From Bugula neritina (Eukaryota > Animalia > Bryozoa): a stretch of DNA of 64,000 bases. The stretch lies in NCBI GenBank assembly GCA_964035545.1, contig OZ037768.1, positions 17,467,875 to 17,531,874 on the forward strand, given 5' to 3'. How positions within the stretch are numbered: position 1 is the first letter of the stretch; every line of letters starts with the position of its first letter. A program made the translations under genes and the position numbers. The notes below the pieces were generated by a model. It was not told the origin of the DNA and did no database searches. It saw only the letters and a list, made by a program, of their open reading frames with translations. Shown here in pieces: positions 38,601-51,288 of the stretch.

Positions 38601-41600
38601 ATTATTATAAATGTGGTTCACCAAACCTAGTACTTAATTAGGGGTGTTAACGTTCTTTTACTCAAACAATCTGTAAAATTAGACATTAGAAATTCAACTT
38701 CAAGCAAAGTTTAGTTTTGATCAAATAAATTAATTCAAGAATATAACCTAGGCTTTATGAATGACTGCATGAGTTCAAAATTATCATTGATAATAATCAC
38801 ATCAGTTTTCTCGTCACAAAAATATGGATTAAATGTAATTAAAACACCATACCTCAGTTTTGTTTTTTATCGGTCCACTTATCCAAAGAAACTGAATAGG
38901 TTTTTCTAATGGTGGATGGCTATATAAATCACGTTCACTGATGGCATCCAGATAGCGTGCCCCACCTATAAATAATGTAAATATTTACATGCAGTTGTGA
39001 GAATAAAAATTACAAAATTGACTACTGAAGAAGATTGGATTTACTTATAGATAATTATTTATTTTTTGTGTAAATGAGCACCTTGATGACGCTCTCACGT
39101 AAATAACAATAAAATTAATATTTAACATATTATTTAAAAACTGTTTAATATTAGCAGCAGAAGATGCAACCCTGCCACCGTCCCTTTCTTTCTGTATGTT
39201 TGCTTGGTTGGTGAATCTAACTTTTAAAACTTCTCCTCATCATAATGTAGTCACCACTTGTTATAATGTTTACCTAGGGTTTATGGACAAAACTTTGTCC
39301 ATAAACTCCCACCACCGCAATCTACCAATATTACAAACCAGGTTGGTTGATAGCATGCATATTCCGGAACTGCTGAGACCAAATAGTCTGCCGTTGATTC
39401 CGTAACTCGACTGTGGCATTGTAGTCGAAGTAACCGTGTATAGAGTTCAAACTATCTCCAGCAGATCCAACATGTCTTTTATTGAATGTACCACAGAGAC
39501 ATCTACATTATTATGACACCACAGAACGTATGACATCACAGAACGTATGACATCACAGAACATATGACATCACAGCGTGTATGACTTAAGCATTTATTCC
39601 TGATTCACATTCTAACACAAATCTACCAACTTGGTGTTTTCCCAAACTGAAATTCTAAAACATAAAACCCTGCTCAAACTTGTATGTTTATATAACAATA
39701 ACTTTATCTGATAGTTCTAATACTTTATTATTTCAATTGTAAGGCATCTACCAATATCATAGCTTGTACAATAAAGCACTGCTGTATAAAACTGTAACAT
39801 TGATAGATATTTATATGTTGATAAATGATGCAAGTACTGTGATTTAGTATAAATATAAAAGTTGAATCACCACCATAAGGAAAGGCAGCATAAAATTGTA
39901 AATCTCAATGATGAATCACAAGCTGACAGCATAAGAGTAAATGTAAACAAGTTTATCTATTAGCAAACACATTACAAAACTTACCGATCTATTAGCTTAT
40001 TGTAGTGAAAGTTTGCTGATATGAAGGCCATTCCGCCGCCATTTTTCCACGCAGCCATAACCACACCTGGATGAATTAAATACAAGTCCACCATTGAATC
40101 GGACCCAATTGGATCTGCAGAAGTGAGCTTAGACCAACTGAATGGGATCTCCTCCAACAATGACCTTTGACAAGGACTAGAAACAAACAAACATGTTTCA
40201 ATAAAAATCGCCCACAACAACCACAGACATATTATACTGCATATGCTTAATAAAATCAGACCCATATTGTTTACAATCTTGAGCCAAGTAAAATCCAAGA
40301 CAGTGCAGAAACCATATTATTGTGTGTTGATGCCCCCCCCCCCTAGCATGAATAGGTAACATAGGCAACTATTATGAAACAAAATGACAATAACACATAT
40401 ATCTGGTACCTGTTTTTACAAGCAATGCCTTTCTGATCATAAAAGACTGGGTTTAAAGCTAACAGCTTGAGAGAGTGGAGACGGGAGACATCTGGTAGGT
40501 TCCCCAGGCTATGCCTGATGTAAATACAGCAGAGCAAAGTAACTCAATATGTTTGGCAGAATGAGAACAGCTTATAGCATACAATGAAATACACAGTTGA
40601 GAGGCTATATTATTTAGACTTTCTGCAATATAAGCTTCAGCATAAGTACTCAAAGTAACTCTAATCAATATACAGACACAGAAATTATAAGAAAAGTTAT
40701 AAGAAAGCAGTTGAACAACATACTCATGTGGTGGTGAGTTTAGAAGAATATAATATAACTTACCATCTAGCAGACACAGCCATTCTGTGATAGAAACAGT
40801 CATTGTGTGTGATATAGTGATGGGTTCCACTACCATCATAGAAAGCCAATGTAAACTTGACCCCTAGCTGTCTAAAAGGACAGAAAGAAAACAGGTGTCA
40901 ATGTCACTACTGTATATTTAGTTATTTATGTCAACTTTATGAAATATGAATTAATATAATTTAGTTTAACACCCAGCTAAAAAATCGTAAAATGTTGACT
41001 GCGAACTCAAAACAAAACTCACTGCAAGTTACCACTGATTTGCTTTGGCAGAGTTGTGAATGGATCTATGCTATTCAAGTTAGCTTGGGCTCTTGAATTT
41101 CGAAATTCCACTGATCTAAAAAATGAAGGAGTTGAATAACTTAGTAATCAGACTCAGTACTAACCTGGCACTTGAACTCAGTAATAGCTAATTGGTACTC
41201 AACTTAGTAAAAGCTTAGTACTATGACTAAGTAATAGCTTAGTACTTAATACTTAGAGTGGGGACCCAGATGTAAAACCGATACAAATTATTATGATAAA
41301 ATTATAGTGCCACTACTTTCAATCCTTCAAGACCCAGACAAAGATATTAAAATAATACATGTTCATATTGATTACTTTTCAATGCATTTCTTTTTCCAAA
41401 AGAGGGTGGGCGTGTCCAAAGGAATGCCAATGTCTTTCCCAGCCTTAGTCTTCAACAGGCATCTTCTATACATGTTTTGCCATAAAATACTGCATAAACA
41501 GATAAAGATAGACAACTCAAGAAAGATGAAATATATTTCGACTAGGTCAAGACTATAATGATGAAAAAACGTATTCAATATTCCATGACATTCTCCTACA

Positions 41601-42515
41601 TAAATTGTGTGTATAAGGTAACAATTGAATACTAAAAGCTTTATAACACATAGTCAATAGGGCTACAATATTGACAATGAAGCACCAGAAGCACGTTTAT
41701 TGCAAGCTTTCAGACATGAAGCAAAATGGCCATTTTCAGAGTAAAGTGAAAAAGCAAACATACTTATCATTAGACACACAAAGCCATCTCCTGCACACCC
41801 TAGCAGCTACAAGCAAGTCGCCGGCATCCAAATAACTAAACAAGAGAATAAGTATTTCATCAGACAACCTGAAAAAATTAAAGAAAAGTTACAAAAGTAT
41901 ATAATACCGTTATTCATCGGATGATGATGTTGTGTAAGCTTGTTCTGAGAAAGGTTAGGTGCATTTTATTACCTTTCTACCAATTCACCAATTTTAAGAT
42001 TATTAGTTTTCTTGATTAACTCATTGCTATTTACGAGGCTTGTGTAAGTTCTGGGGTTTGCTGCTTTACGCTGACGAACTGCTCTTGTTGCCGAAACCTT
42101 GGAATCACCTGACAAACCAACTTTCTTTCTTTCATTCATCGGCCTAATATAGTTAAAGAAATCAGTATTCCCACAAGTATTATTCTTATTTCATCATAAC
42201 ATCTAGAATAGAATGCACTATATTAGGAGAAAAACTAATGAATGTTATTTCATTATTTTCATGAGAAAAGTGAAAAACAGTGTATTTTACCAAACTATAA
42301 TCTTCTATCTAATAACTATACATTCAATATAAAAAAGCTAAACACATTGAACTTTAAATGTGTCTACAGTTGAGCGAATCCTACAAAGCAGATGCTTAGA
42401 ATAAATTGAATACTAAAACTGTTGGTGTGCCGTTGACTGCAATTATGATTTCAACAGACAAATGAAAATCTTACCTGATATTTTTAGGTACACCAGAACT
42501 GCTTTTAGCACTCAT
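32652..42515 (-). CDS. FBXO15: F-box only protein 15-like
   Basis: Twelve phase-consistent exons: 42515-42475, 42143-41973, 41868-41764, 41489-41376, 41115-41023, 40871-40764, 40514-40410, 40176-39985, 39502-39339, 38965-38853, 33414-33241, 32702-32652. F-box LSDEILILLFSYLDAGDLLVAARVCRRW; FBXO15-like blocks IDPFTTLP, IGSDSMVDLYLIHPGVVMAAWKNGGGMAFISANFHYNKLIDR, CILDISVRDESG. Confidence 0.8.
33388..33596. repeat. 44-bp tandem repeat (~4.7 units) spanning the exon 11 acceptor of FBXO15-like
   Basis: Unit acagaaatRtccagtatRcataYaccctacagtaatataatatt. Confidence 0.92.
33788..38475 (-). mobile_element. Full-length young Ty3/Gypsy LTR retrotransposon
   Basis: 261-bp LTRs at 33788-34048 and 38215-38475 (TG...CA, identical by eye); 5-bp TSD GGATA; PBS TGGTGTCAGAAG (tRNA-Leu-type); PPT AGAAAGGGGAGA. 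Confidence 0.97.
34245..38180 (-). CDS. Gag-Pol polyprotein (Gag, Zn knuckles, protease, RT, RNase H, integrase), 1311 aa
   Basis: CCHC knuckles, VDTGAQ protease, LPFG and YIDD RT, DAS/ELLA/TDHKPL RNase H, HHCC plus SDNGPQF/AER integrase, all in a single ORF. Confidence 0.96.
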   Translation of the reverse strand: MATRAPSSFDFTNPSGWGEWIRRYSRYHNVTKMSKEADDLQIDSLLYTMGEAAEDIFIQLPLTNDDRKKYDKVKEAFDTYFKPRTNKAHHIVQFNGRTQEPNENNEEYIRALYSLAQHCEFGNAINDNIKYRLLTGMKDKALSIELQQLTEDQLTLENVTQRMRAKEIIQRNLASAAPEQPADVDAIRKKDYSNNFQPKNHTMDIINNCHSCGSSHRRRHCPAYGKSCNKCGKFNHFAKVCRSKAIMKSTTNAVQVPDATADVNEEPCMFNVGLCSNVKLNACNSSVWFENFVFGKTKVAMKVDTGAQVNVLTRDIFENLDVSRELRKAGTKLTGYTGHVIPVDGVVELPFSFRGKTYKSEFYVTTAKNTPLLGLPTIKELGLIGIDQVEQVDTDSSKLIVEEFKDVFEGFGKLDIEHHITLRPEAKPVVCNVRPVPINVKPKLKAELDRLEKLEIIQKCNEPSDWVSPIVVAEKPNNQIRLCLDPRLLNKEIMREHYKLPTTTEIYSRIGQSKFFSTLDATNGFHQIPLDVESCKLTTFITPYGRYNYKRLPFGLNSSAEVFHKTMCQKLGDIEGIEIYIDDLPIHAPTKEIHDRRLREVLLRCREINLKLNPEKCAIGRQVVNFLGHEISGDGILPKRNRAKAIQEMLTPTCKNDVQRFLGFVNYMGKFCPDLANETQPLRQLLKKNTTFIWEKAHNNAFVKIKQLVSNAPLLKHFNSDEEITLQVDASSFSLGAVLMQKGQPVEFAAKSLTDTQKRYAQIEKELLAVLFGCRKFHYYVYGGSKFFVQTDHKPLLGIVEKNIEDTNPRIRRMLLELMSYDFKLVYKKGNEMYIADMLSRASYPDIDTSVNVAEFDLMDKLPEMIFCSDQAKAEYKQAVLSDRELQALKLLVINGWPPYRKSCSFVGRKYWPWRNEIGICDEFLFVGSKLIVPMSKQTEILQKLHKSHQGIVKTKALAKTVVFWPGINNRIEEMIQSCVQCRENIEQQCRQPMMASEIPKYPFHTVAADLFSLDGNDFMLIVDYFSKWLIIEPLKTSTSSSVIQCFEKTFADFGVACVLRSDNGPQFTSQQFKIFLNEQGIEHLTSSPGYPQSNGCAERYVRTAKVLLKKCKAEGKTFYGGLRNLRNTPIGDKIPSPAVLLQGRVLPDTLPRDLKTLFPNSYDKQIIQNEFEIVKSTQKLNYDRHAKSELSVLKPGQRVRAKINDKWILGKIQKQDLTGPRSYWVVTDENKLYRRTRGDITLTNEPQQISTPVLPPMHRSIPAVPGPPIDQADDSNSSQSENSSNVNPPGAYRTQRGRLVRKPERLGYDM
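39512..39586. repeat. ~17-bp minisatellite (atgacatcacagaacgt)
   Basis: About four direct units. Confidence 0.8.
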
Positions 42516-44732
42516 TCTGCTTGTAGAGATGTCTACTAAAATGCAACAAATAAGTTTGTGTAGACAATAAGACAATTACTGGCATAGTCTAAACCCAACT
42601 CACAACTCATGTGGATTCAAAGCCCATGTGACAATCCCTGATGGATAGAGAAATTTTTAAGCAGGCTAAGGATTTATTTTTTATTGTGGCAGAGGAGCAA
42701 TTAAGACTAAATGCACTTTCCAAATGAGTCTCACAATTATGTAGTATCTAAGTTTAGTCCTTAACTGATATAACTACATGTATGCAATATGAATATGAAT
42801 ATTAAAATATGCAGAAATATCTTGTCTACAACTTAATGGCCTCCTCATCCTGATACCCAACATTTCTTTACAACCTTAAACATCTTGAAGCTCACTAATA
42901 TTAATTGAGTAATACTAGCAGTTAATATTATATTTATATTTATTGATATTCAAATTCATATTGCTAAACAGTTTTAGTTTACAATAACAGTAACATTTAT
43001 TTAGTACTTACCCTTAGCCCTATAGTTACTGTTCGTGTTACTATTACAGTATTAGTATGAGTATGATTATAAGTGTAGGAGTACGAGCATAACTATGTAT
43101 AACTTAAAGTTAATAAATACAATAATATTCTATAACTTATACTTATAGCCTAGAGGTAAAACATCAACTATTAGTGTTAGTATTACTACAGCCTACAAGT
43201 ATTACTATTACTATTACAGTAATAGTACTACTCTATTAGTATAAACTATAATAATTATTATTATTATACATATATTTACATATAATAATATAATAACTAC
43301 AAGTACTATTACTATTAGTATTAGTATTACTATTAAAATTGTTATAACTTAAACTAATAAACTATAGTTAATCACTAATGTTCAACTTGAAGTTAACCAT
43401 ATTCATAATGATAATCATAATGATTAACTTTAACAGTTAGTGTTACTCATTAACTTTAAGTTTAACTATCTTCAAGTATCAGTATGAGTATCACTATGAG
43501 TATGACTATGACTATCAGTATGTCTATTACTGTATTACATTAGCAATATGAGATTGGATATCAATACGATTACGAACATCAACACTAATACTTACTAACA
43601 CTAAAAGTAAAAGTGCATAGTGAACCATACTAGCTGCATTCCTAAAATTTCTGCTCATCCAGTAGAAGTATGTATTGAAATGCCAAGGCCATGAGCAGTT
43701 TGTGATAATGAGTTGCTCTATAAACAGCTTCAAGTGGGGGGTGAATGAGTGCAGTAGTCTGGGATTTATTGAAACCCTCCCTAACTCCAATCCGATCGGG
43801 AACGGCAAACTGCTGCACTCAGTCACTCCTAACTCGGAGCTGCTTATAGAACACTTCTGAGAGGATATTTATTACATTGTAAATATTGAACTGGACGAGA
43901 CCAGTTATCTCCCCTAAAGTACTACTTCATGCCCCAGCTTGATTTTCCGAAAGCTTCTATCAGAATAATGGAACGGGGGGGGGGGGGGGGGGGGTAGCTT
44001 ATTTTGCTGTTACAACTTACAAGCACTAGTATAGGTAGAGTCACCATCTATCGAAGGGATATCAGAAATAACTTATACGCTACAGTCTTTTAATTTCATT
44101 GACTTTGAAATTTCAAAGTATGAGCATTTTCTATATGAAGTTTAGGTTTGGTTTTAAAATTCCCATGAGAACATAACTTCTTCTGCTACATGCTTTATCT
44201 AGAAGACAAGCTTTTCTAATCGTCTCCTTGACTGCATTTCCCTTAAACTCTGACAGCAGACTTCTGTTGTATTTTATAACACCAATATGTTAATCAACCA
44301 CCTCCAGTTACTACTCACTACCAGCAGCAAAATTCAAGCTTCAAACGTTAGAACATTAAATAATGATAATCATTAATTTAATGGTTCTTTTGTGCAAGAT
44401 ATTTTTTAAGTCAATGCTCAAAGCAAATAATACAATTGCTGACCTAGCAAGTAGTGTTCAATTGTTTAACTATATGAATATCAAGCTGTTATAGTAAATT
44501 TAGGTAGCTAAATGCTTCTGATCTTCAATGAAGGCATATAGTATATTTTGTTAACTTACAAAAAAAAACTTTGATAAATAAAGTTCAGCGCCGAAAGTAT
44601 AAAAATACTCAGTACAGTATAAGATTTTTACACTCACATTAAAGAATATGAAAATTGTTAAATAAAAATTGAATCTACTTAATTTTTCTATGGTCATGTT
44701 AAAGCTACAGTAATAGCTTTGTGGACATCAGT

Positions 44733-46271
44733 TTACTCTAAAAACCCTTCTTTTTTGAAATCCTTTCTCAATACATCTTGTTGATTTTGAGTAAGTGGTA
44801 AGAGAGGGAGACGAGAAGCGCCACCAATGTATCCAAGCCAGTCCATGGCCTGTTTCAGACCAGGCACACCAAATCGACGAGTTACATCTAGATTAGGAAT
44901 AATGAGCTTCTTCTGCAGCTTTTCAGCTTCATCGTACCTTTTCAGTTTGAAAAGAAGTTCCAGATCGCAGCATTCTTGTCCAAGAACATTAGCCAATGCA
45001 CAAACACCGCCAACACAGCCAATATGATAGGCGGGATACAGAAAACTGGCGGATCCAGCTAGAACCTGGAAGGTGTTGGTTTGTGTTTTGTGCACCACAG
45101 CTCCTAGCTTAGATATGTCTCCACCACTATCTTTGAGACCAATGATGTTTGGATGGGACGAAAGGCGAACAATAACCTATAAATTAAATAACTCTTTGTC
45201 AGGCATGTTACAAAGATTTTATATGAGAAAATAACATCTTATTATAATAAAAAGTATACAAGTGACACCCTTTCATAAGTATTATCTACTTATGGAATTG
45301 GAATATTTCGTTTGACAATTGGAACAGGGAAAAGAAACTTCCTCTATTACATTTCTTAAAACTTACAAACATGTTCTTTTTTTCTAATTATATCATTCAT
45401 CAGCAGCAATTTAGAATTATACCCAAATATACATGATTATGTCAAACCTATAATTTTGCCAAACAGCTAGTTGTCTGTATTCAAACATGTGAAAATAGTG
45501 GCATTTTGTGCAAAGGAAACTGATATTTTGGTATTCACAGGTTTGCCTAATTCTTTATATTCAAAATAATCAACAGTAAAAATGTGAATGTAAAATGTAA
45601 ATATGTAAACTATTTAACCTAAATCTTTCTTTCTACCAGCACCACAATTAGCAAACATCGCTAATAACCAGCAGAGTGCGCTTAGAGACTGAATAACAAC
45701 GGTTCACTTAATAACTTACATCAATGCTCAAATCAATTCCTGTATTTGATGGCACACTGTAGAGTATGATGGGAATAGCTGATGTGTCCGCTACACGAGT
45801 GAAGTGAGCAAACATTGCTTCGTCCGTCATACCAGACTTGTAGAAACTCGGTGTTATGACAAGGGCAGCGTCAGCCCCAGCATCAGCCATATCTTTAGTC
45901 ATCTCAACAGTGGCAGAGGTGGATTCACACCCAGATCCGGCAATCAACAGCTTTCCATCAGCCATCATACCCTTAACACCAGCTACTAGTTCCAGACGCT
46001 CTTTAACAGTCATGTAAACATATTCACCATTAGATCCTTGCACAACGTAACCTCTGAATGGTATGGTATTCCATTTTTCCATGTTACTTTTCAATGATAT
46101 CCAGTCAATATTTTCACTTTCATCGAAAGGTGTAGTGATTGGAGGATATATTCCAGAAAGATCCATCTTTACAGGATGTGAGTGTGTATACCGAACTGCT
46201 GACATACACTTGATGGTATTAAACAACTGTTTACAGTTTCTTGTTGCGCTAATCCATGACATCAGCATCAT
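44733..46271 (-). CDS. HOGA1: 4-hydroxy-2-oxoglutarate aldolase, mitochondrial (DHDPS family)
   Basis: Exons 46271-45720 and 45176-44733. Motifs: GIYPPITTPF, VVQGSNGE, LIAGSGCEST, LYSVPSNTG, HPNIIGLKDSGGD, FQVLAGSA, GGVCALANV, RFGVPGLKQAMDW. The N-terminus resembles a transit peptide. Confidence 0.93.
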
Positions 46272-48112
46272 TATAACGCAGCCCAATGCATCCAATCTAC
46301 AACAAATGCACAGTGTAACTTGTAAGGCAGCAAATATGGGCAATGGCATGGCTGCTGATCGAATTAAGTAAATTACTTCACCATGCCACAGTGTCATAAT
46401 ACAAAATGTAAAAGCCTGGTACCACTTGTCACAAAAAGACAATAAATTTGGGCTTTTGAATTATCTCTGCTTATATGGGAGTACTTCGCTCTACACTAAA
46501 ACATGATTATTTGTCTCCGCTAGAATATTTTCACTTTAGGTTACCACATTAACAGAGACCTGGTAAAAGCATTAGTGGAGACAAATCCATTAAAGTTAAC
46601 CAAAGGCAAGTTTTAGAAAATAACTGATGCAAAAGGAGTTGCCTGTCCAGTTGGTAATTGGGCAGGCATTTACTTCATCATAATAATAATAATGAACCAC
46701 ATATCGGACTATCTGGTATACATTGTGCAACTGCACTTATGGTGTTTTGCATTACTTTTTGTTGTTGCTATTCTTGCAGATGATGTACTCCTATATTATC
46801 TTCAGTCAATCGTGCATTGTCACACATCACCTCACAGACTTTTAGAGATAACCAATCATTGTCTGTTTAAATTGGATATGATTTAATTATCATTTTCTTG
46901 ATGATGTATTCCTTAAGTTTTAGAACACACCATTCATGGTTTGGGAAATGACCTCATTGCAACATCAGCTCTAGCAGAGAAAATGTTAGAAGAGGTACCA
47001 AGGAATCCAAGCAAACCAACGAAAAGAATATGAAGACACCATTGATACAACGATCAGTTATATTTTTGGCAATTTGGAGTTATAGGTGTGAATCATGCGT
47101 ATATATTTTGCTTTACTATATATAGTGGTGGATTTTGGGAGTTGCCTTTAACACGTCATGCTTTGTTAAGCGTTTGTCAGACATCATTACTACTACTCTA
47201 CGTAAAATTATTAACCATTCTATCGATTGTGGAAAAATACCAACTCAATCAAAGGTAGCTAAAGTTTCACCATTATATAAAAAAGGTTCTGTCAATGAAT
47301 GTGGAAATTATCGCCCTACTTCAATTTTACCAATCTTCAGCAAAGTAATGGAAAAATTATTAAACCAACAAATACTGGCCCATTTAGAAAACAAGAACCT
47401 CTTTACTCAAAATCAGTTTGGATTTAGACATAACAGGGGTACATCAGACGCAATTTCTAACTTTACAAACAAAATTCTAGAATCTTTTGATAAAAGTGAA
47501 TCCGCATTAAGCATATTTATTGATTTCAGTAAAGCATTTGATACTATAGACCACAACATTTTAGTTTATAAACTTAAACAATATAATTTCACCTCATCTG
47601 CTATCAAATGGATACATAATTATTTAACGGAAAGAACACAAATCACAAAAATAAACAATACACTATCCAATACACAAACTATAACTTGCGGTGTACCCCA
47701 AGGATCTGTACTAGGTCCCACCTTGTTCCTAATATATATCAACGATCTTTGCGAAACCTTGAAATATGTAACACCAATTTTATATGCTGACAATACTAAC
47801 TTATTTCGAAAATCAAAAAATTTAAACCATGAATATGGGAAAATCTCTTCTGATCTTAAAATACTATGTGAATGGTGCCAGATAAATAAGCTAACAATTA
47901 ATTATGAAAAAACATCTTAAATTATTGTTAAAAACTATCAAAATAAATTCCAATTTGATTTAAAATTAACAATTAACGACAAACCAATAACGGCAGTTGA
48001 CGAAGTAAAATCTTTAGGTGTGATAATTGATAGAAATTTAAACTGGTCATTCCACATTCAGAAAATATTATTAAATCTTCGACCAATTTCGGGACTTTTT
48101 TATCATTTAAAT

Positions 48113-50595
48113 CAGCGGTGCTCAACCTGCAGCCTTTTGACGGTCTTTTGGGCTGGTAAATGTGGCCTTTTGGCCTCTTGTTGAAAATAAAAATTTTGTT
48201 CAGTTTCAATCCTTGTTGAATTTCGCTTTTTAATAAGGCAGTCAAGACTGCTAATCCTACCAATCTGGAATTCCTAGGTTTACTATTATATGAATCATGA
48301 TTGACAAACTTGAAAAATCTGGATGAAGGTGATGACAAGGGGATTCCCCATTTTTTCATCATTATGTTTGATTGATCATTAGCTGACTATTAGCATTAGT
48401 CAATTAGCAACCAAACTGTCAGCATGAGCAAACGAGCAAGAACTGTAGAGCAGGAGAACAGGCAGTTCAATGATGCTTGGACAGAAGAATTCCTGATGGT
48501 ACCTCTGCCTGCAGGCGGGATGCTTTGCCTTGAATGCAACACCACAGTGAAAACTATGAAACGATTGAATGCAAAGTCTCACTATGAGATAAAACATGGT
48601 CAAACTTATAATCAAATGAATCCAGAGTTTAGGAAAGAAAGAGTGGCCTTTTTGATAAGTAGTCGTCAGAGACAACAATCACTGATGAGAGGGCTGACAG
48701 ATGACAACAAGAAAGCACTGCTAGTTGGTTCAAAGGTTGCGTACCTAAAAAACAAAAAAGGCAAGTTTTGTAAGCCAAGTTTTAATTTTTGGATTTACAT
48801 GTATTTCATTATGTATTAAATTATATTTCTCAGCAAATTCTAATTCAAACCATGCAACTAAGTTTATACTTATAACACTCATTCTCTATTTCCCAGGTAA
48901 ACCTTTCATGGATGGTCAAATTATCAAGAAATGCATTGGGATTGCAGCTGACACTATGTGTGATAATGAGCAAGCTAAGCAGGTTTTTCAGAAAATCTCC
49001 CTGTCTCGATCTACAATAACATGTCGAACTGAGCAGTTGAGTGCAAATATCCAGGCTCAGTTGGAAGACAGGATGAAGGGATATTTAGCTTGCTCCATAG
49101 CACTTGATGAGTCAACTGATAAAGTTGACACAGCACAGCTGTCAATATTTATTAGAGGTGTCGACAAGAATCTCATTGTCACTGAGGATCTCTTAGCGTT
49201 GCGAAGCATGACGGGCATTACTACGGGTAAAGATATTTACAATGAGGTCATGGCCACCATAGAGACTAAAAATTTGGCTCTCAAAAAACTCGGTGCTATT
49301 GTAATAGATGGGGCACCATCTATGAATGGTGTGAGGAATGGCTTCACCACCTTGCTACTTAACAAAATAAGAGAGGAGAAAATCAGTCCTCTGCTTCTTG
49401 CATTCCATTGCATTATCCATCAGGAGAATCTTGCAGCTAAGATTCTCAGGATAGACAATGTTCTTCAGGTTGTGAAAGAAACTGTAAACTACATCAGATC
49501 AAGAGGTCTGAAACATTGACAATTCCGACAATCTCTTGCTGAATTACAAGCAGAGTATGAAGATATTCCATACTTTGCAGAAGTGCGATGGTTGTCAAAG
49601 GGAAAAATGATAGGAAGAGCATACAAGCTCCAAACAGAGATTCTTAATTTTTGTGAAAGTCATGGTAGAGAGCTACCCGAGTTCAGAGATTCAGAAATTT
49701 TGAACGACTTTGCATTCCTTGTTGACATACTCACTCATCTCAATGGCTTAAATACAAAACTGCAAGGCAAGGACAAGCTAATATCTGACCTGTATCACCA
49801 TGTGAGTGGATTTGACGGAATGTTGGAGCTTCGGATAGAGGAGTTTGATAAATATTATGTTGACCGAGAGAGCTTTCCAACACTAGCAGGACGTCCTGGA
49901 CTTAAAGAGAATCTTACAGTTATTGGTCGTTATAAAACTATTTTATTGGAACTGAAACGTGAGTTTGAGAATAGATTCATGGACTTAGAAAATATCAAGG
50001 ACGACATATCTGCTTTTTTAGCAATACTCCAAGTCAACGTACCTCGTCACTTGCAAATTGAGGTCATTCAACTGAAAAATGATCTGGTTTATGCTCCTCT
50101 CTTCGCACCCGACCAAGACCTGCTCAAAGTATACCAAAGCTTACCTTCAACCTACTACCCACGGATTAGGAGTTTTGCTGCCAGATTTCTCAGCATGTTT
50201 GCTAGCACATATCGATGTGAGCAGCTATTCTCTCGAATGGGGTATGCCAAAAGCAAATTTAGATCGAGGCTAACAGACTCTCATCTGGCCGATCTCCTTC
50301 ACATAACAGCATCGAACATTGAGCCAGATTATCAAAACATACTGTGCTCTGTTCAATGCCAGCCTTCTCATTGATGTATAAAAACATGCTTACTGTCCTA
50401 AACAAAGTAAGTTATTTTCCTGGATTTATTTTTCATAACAAATAAATGCATCTCAAATGTGAAAATAGTCTCTCATTAATATGTGGAAGGAGGGGGGGGG
50501 GTTTAAAAGTGGAATTGAAACTAAACTTTCTAGTGGCCTTTTTGGTGGCTCAGATTTTTTTACGGCCTTTTCCCAAAAAAGGTTGGGCACCCATG
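48113..50595 (+). mobile_element. hAT (Buster/Charlie/SPIN-like) DNA transposon
   Basis: TIRs CAGCGGTGCTCAACCT / AGGTTGGGCACCCATG; 8-bp TSD (a/g)tttaaat. Confidence 0.92.
48424..50374 (+). pseudogene. GTF2IRD2/SPIN-like hAT transposase with one intron and one premature stop (49517)
   Basis: BED-like CLEC...HY..KH, SIALDESTD, DGAPSM, HCIIHQE, VRWLSKG, MFASTYRCEQLFS; intron ~48761-48896. Confidence 0.88.
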
Positions 50596-51288
50596 GTTTA
50601 AATGCATTCGCTTTTAAAAAATTTTTGATGTTATACTATTCACTTATACATTCCAAGCTGTTGCTACTCTATAGAATCATGGGGGAATGCATCTAGGGTT
50701 TATCTTGATAGAGTGATAAAATTTCGAAAGAAAATTGTCCGTATAATTCACCGCAGACCTTTTGGATACCATTCTAAAGACCTGTTTAGGAAATCAGACA
50801 TTTTACCAGTTGACAAGTTGTACAAGTACAAACGGCTAATTGAAGCTCATAAAACTTAGTATTCAGGAAGCTTTTCAACACATTTACACTATACTACTCG
50901 TCATCAGTTGAAATCTTTTTCTGCTCCATTTTATTCCTCATTTGCTGGTCAACGCACCTCCAACTTTGTAATATCTGCACTGTAGAATAGGTTGCCTAAA
51001 TTCTTAAATATTATACAGCCACTTGGGAAATTTAAAACGGAATTGAGGCATCACCTCCACTCTGTTGAGTGATCTGTGGTGCCTTGTATGGTTATGCCAA
51101 CTTTGGGCCCGCGTACCACTAGCCATGCTATTTCGCACTGGGCCCCGATCATCACTTCGGACAGCTTTATTTTTTATATACTGTTATTTGTTACTATGTT
51201 TCCTTTCTATTTTTTGTCTGCTCTTGTAACTTATGCTAGTTGTAAAACACTATATTATGATGAAATAAAAACACACACACACGTTATG

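Larger units (their letters stand above)
47161..51278 (+). mobile_element. 5'-truncated LINE (CR1/L2-group RT), split by a hAT insertion
   Basis: RT motifs NYRPTSILP, QFGFR, FIDFSKAFD, GVPQGSVLGP, YADN (YADD mutated). The ORF continues after 50603 (YYSLIHSKL). 3' end AATAAA plus (CA)n; probable TSD acacgtYatg at 47151-47160 and 51279-51288. Confidence 0.85.

Noticed and set aside
43527-44350. Short ORFs and a G20 tract between FBXO15-like and HOGA1
   Set aside because: No recognisable protein motif or consistent exon chain; may be promoter or UTR but cannot be supported.
44733-46442. Horizontally acquired bacterial dapA
   Set aside because: Spliceosomal intron, transit-like N-terminus and HOGA1-specific motifs (QGSNGE, KDSGGD) indicate the normal animal gene.
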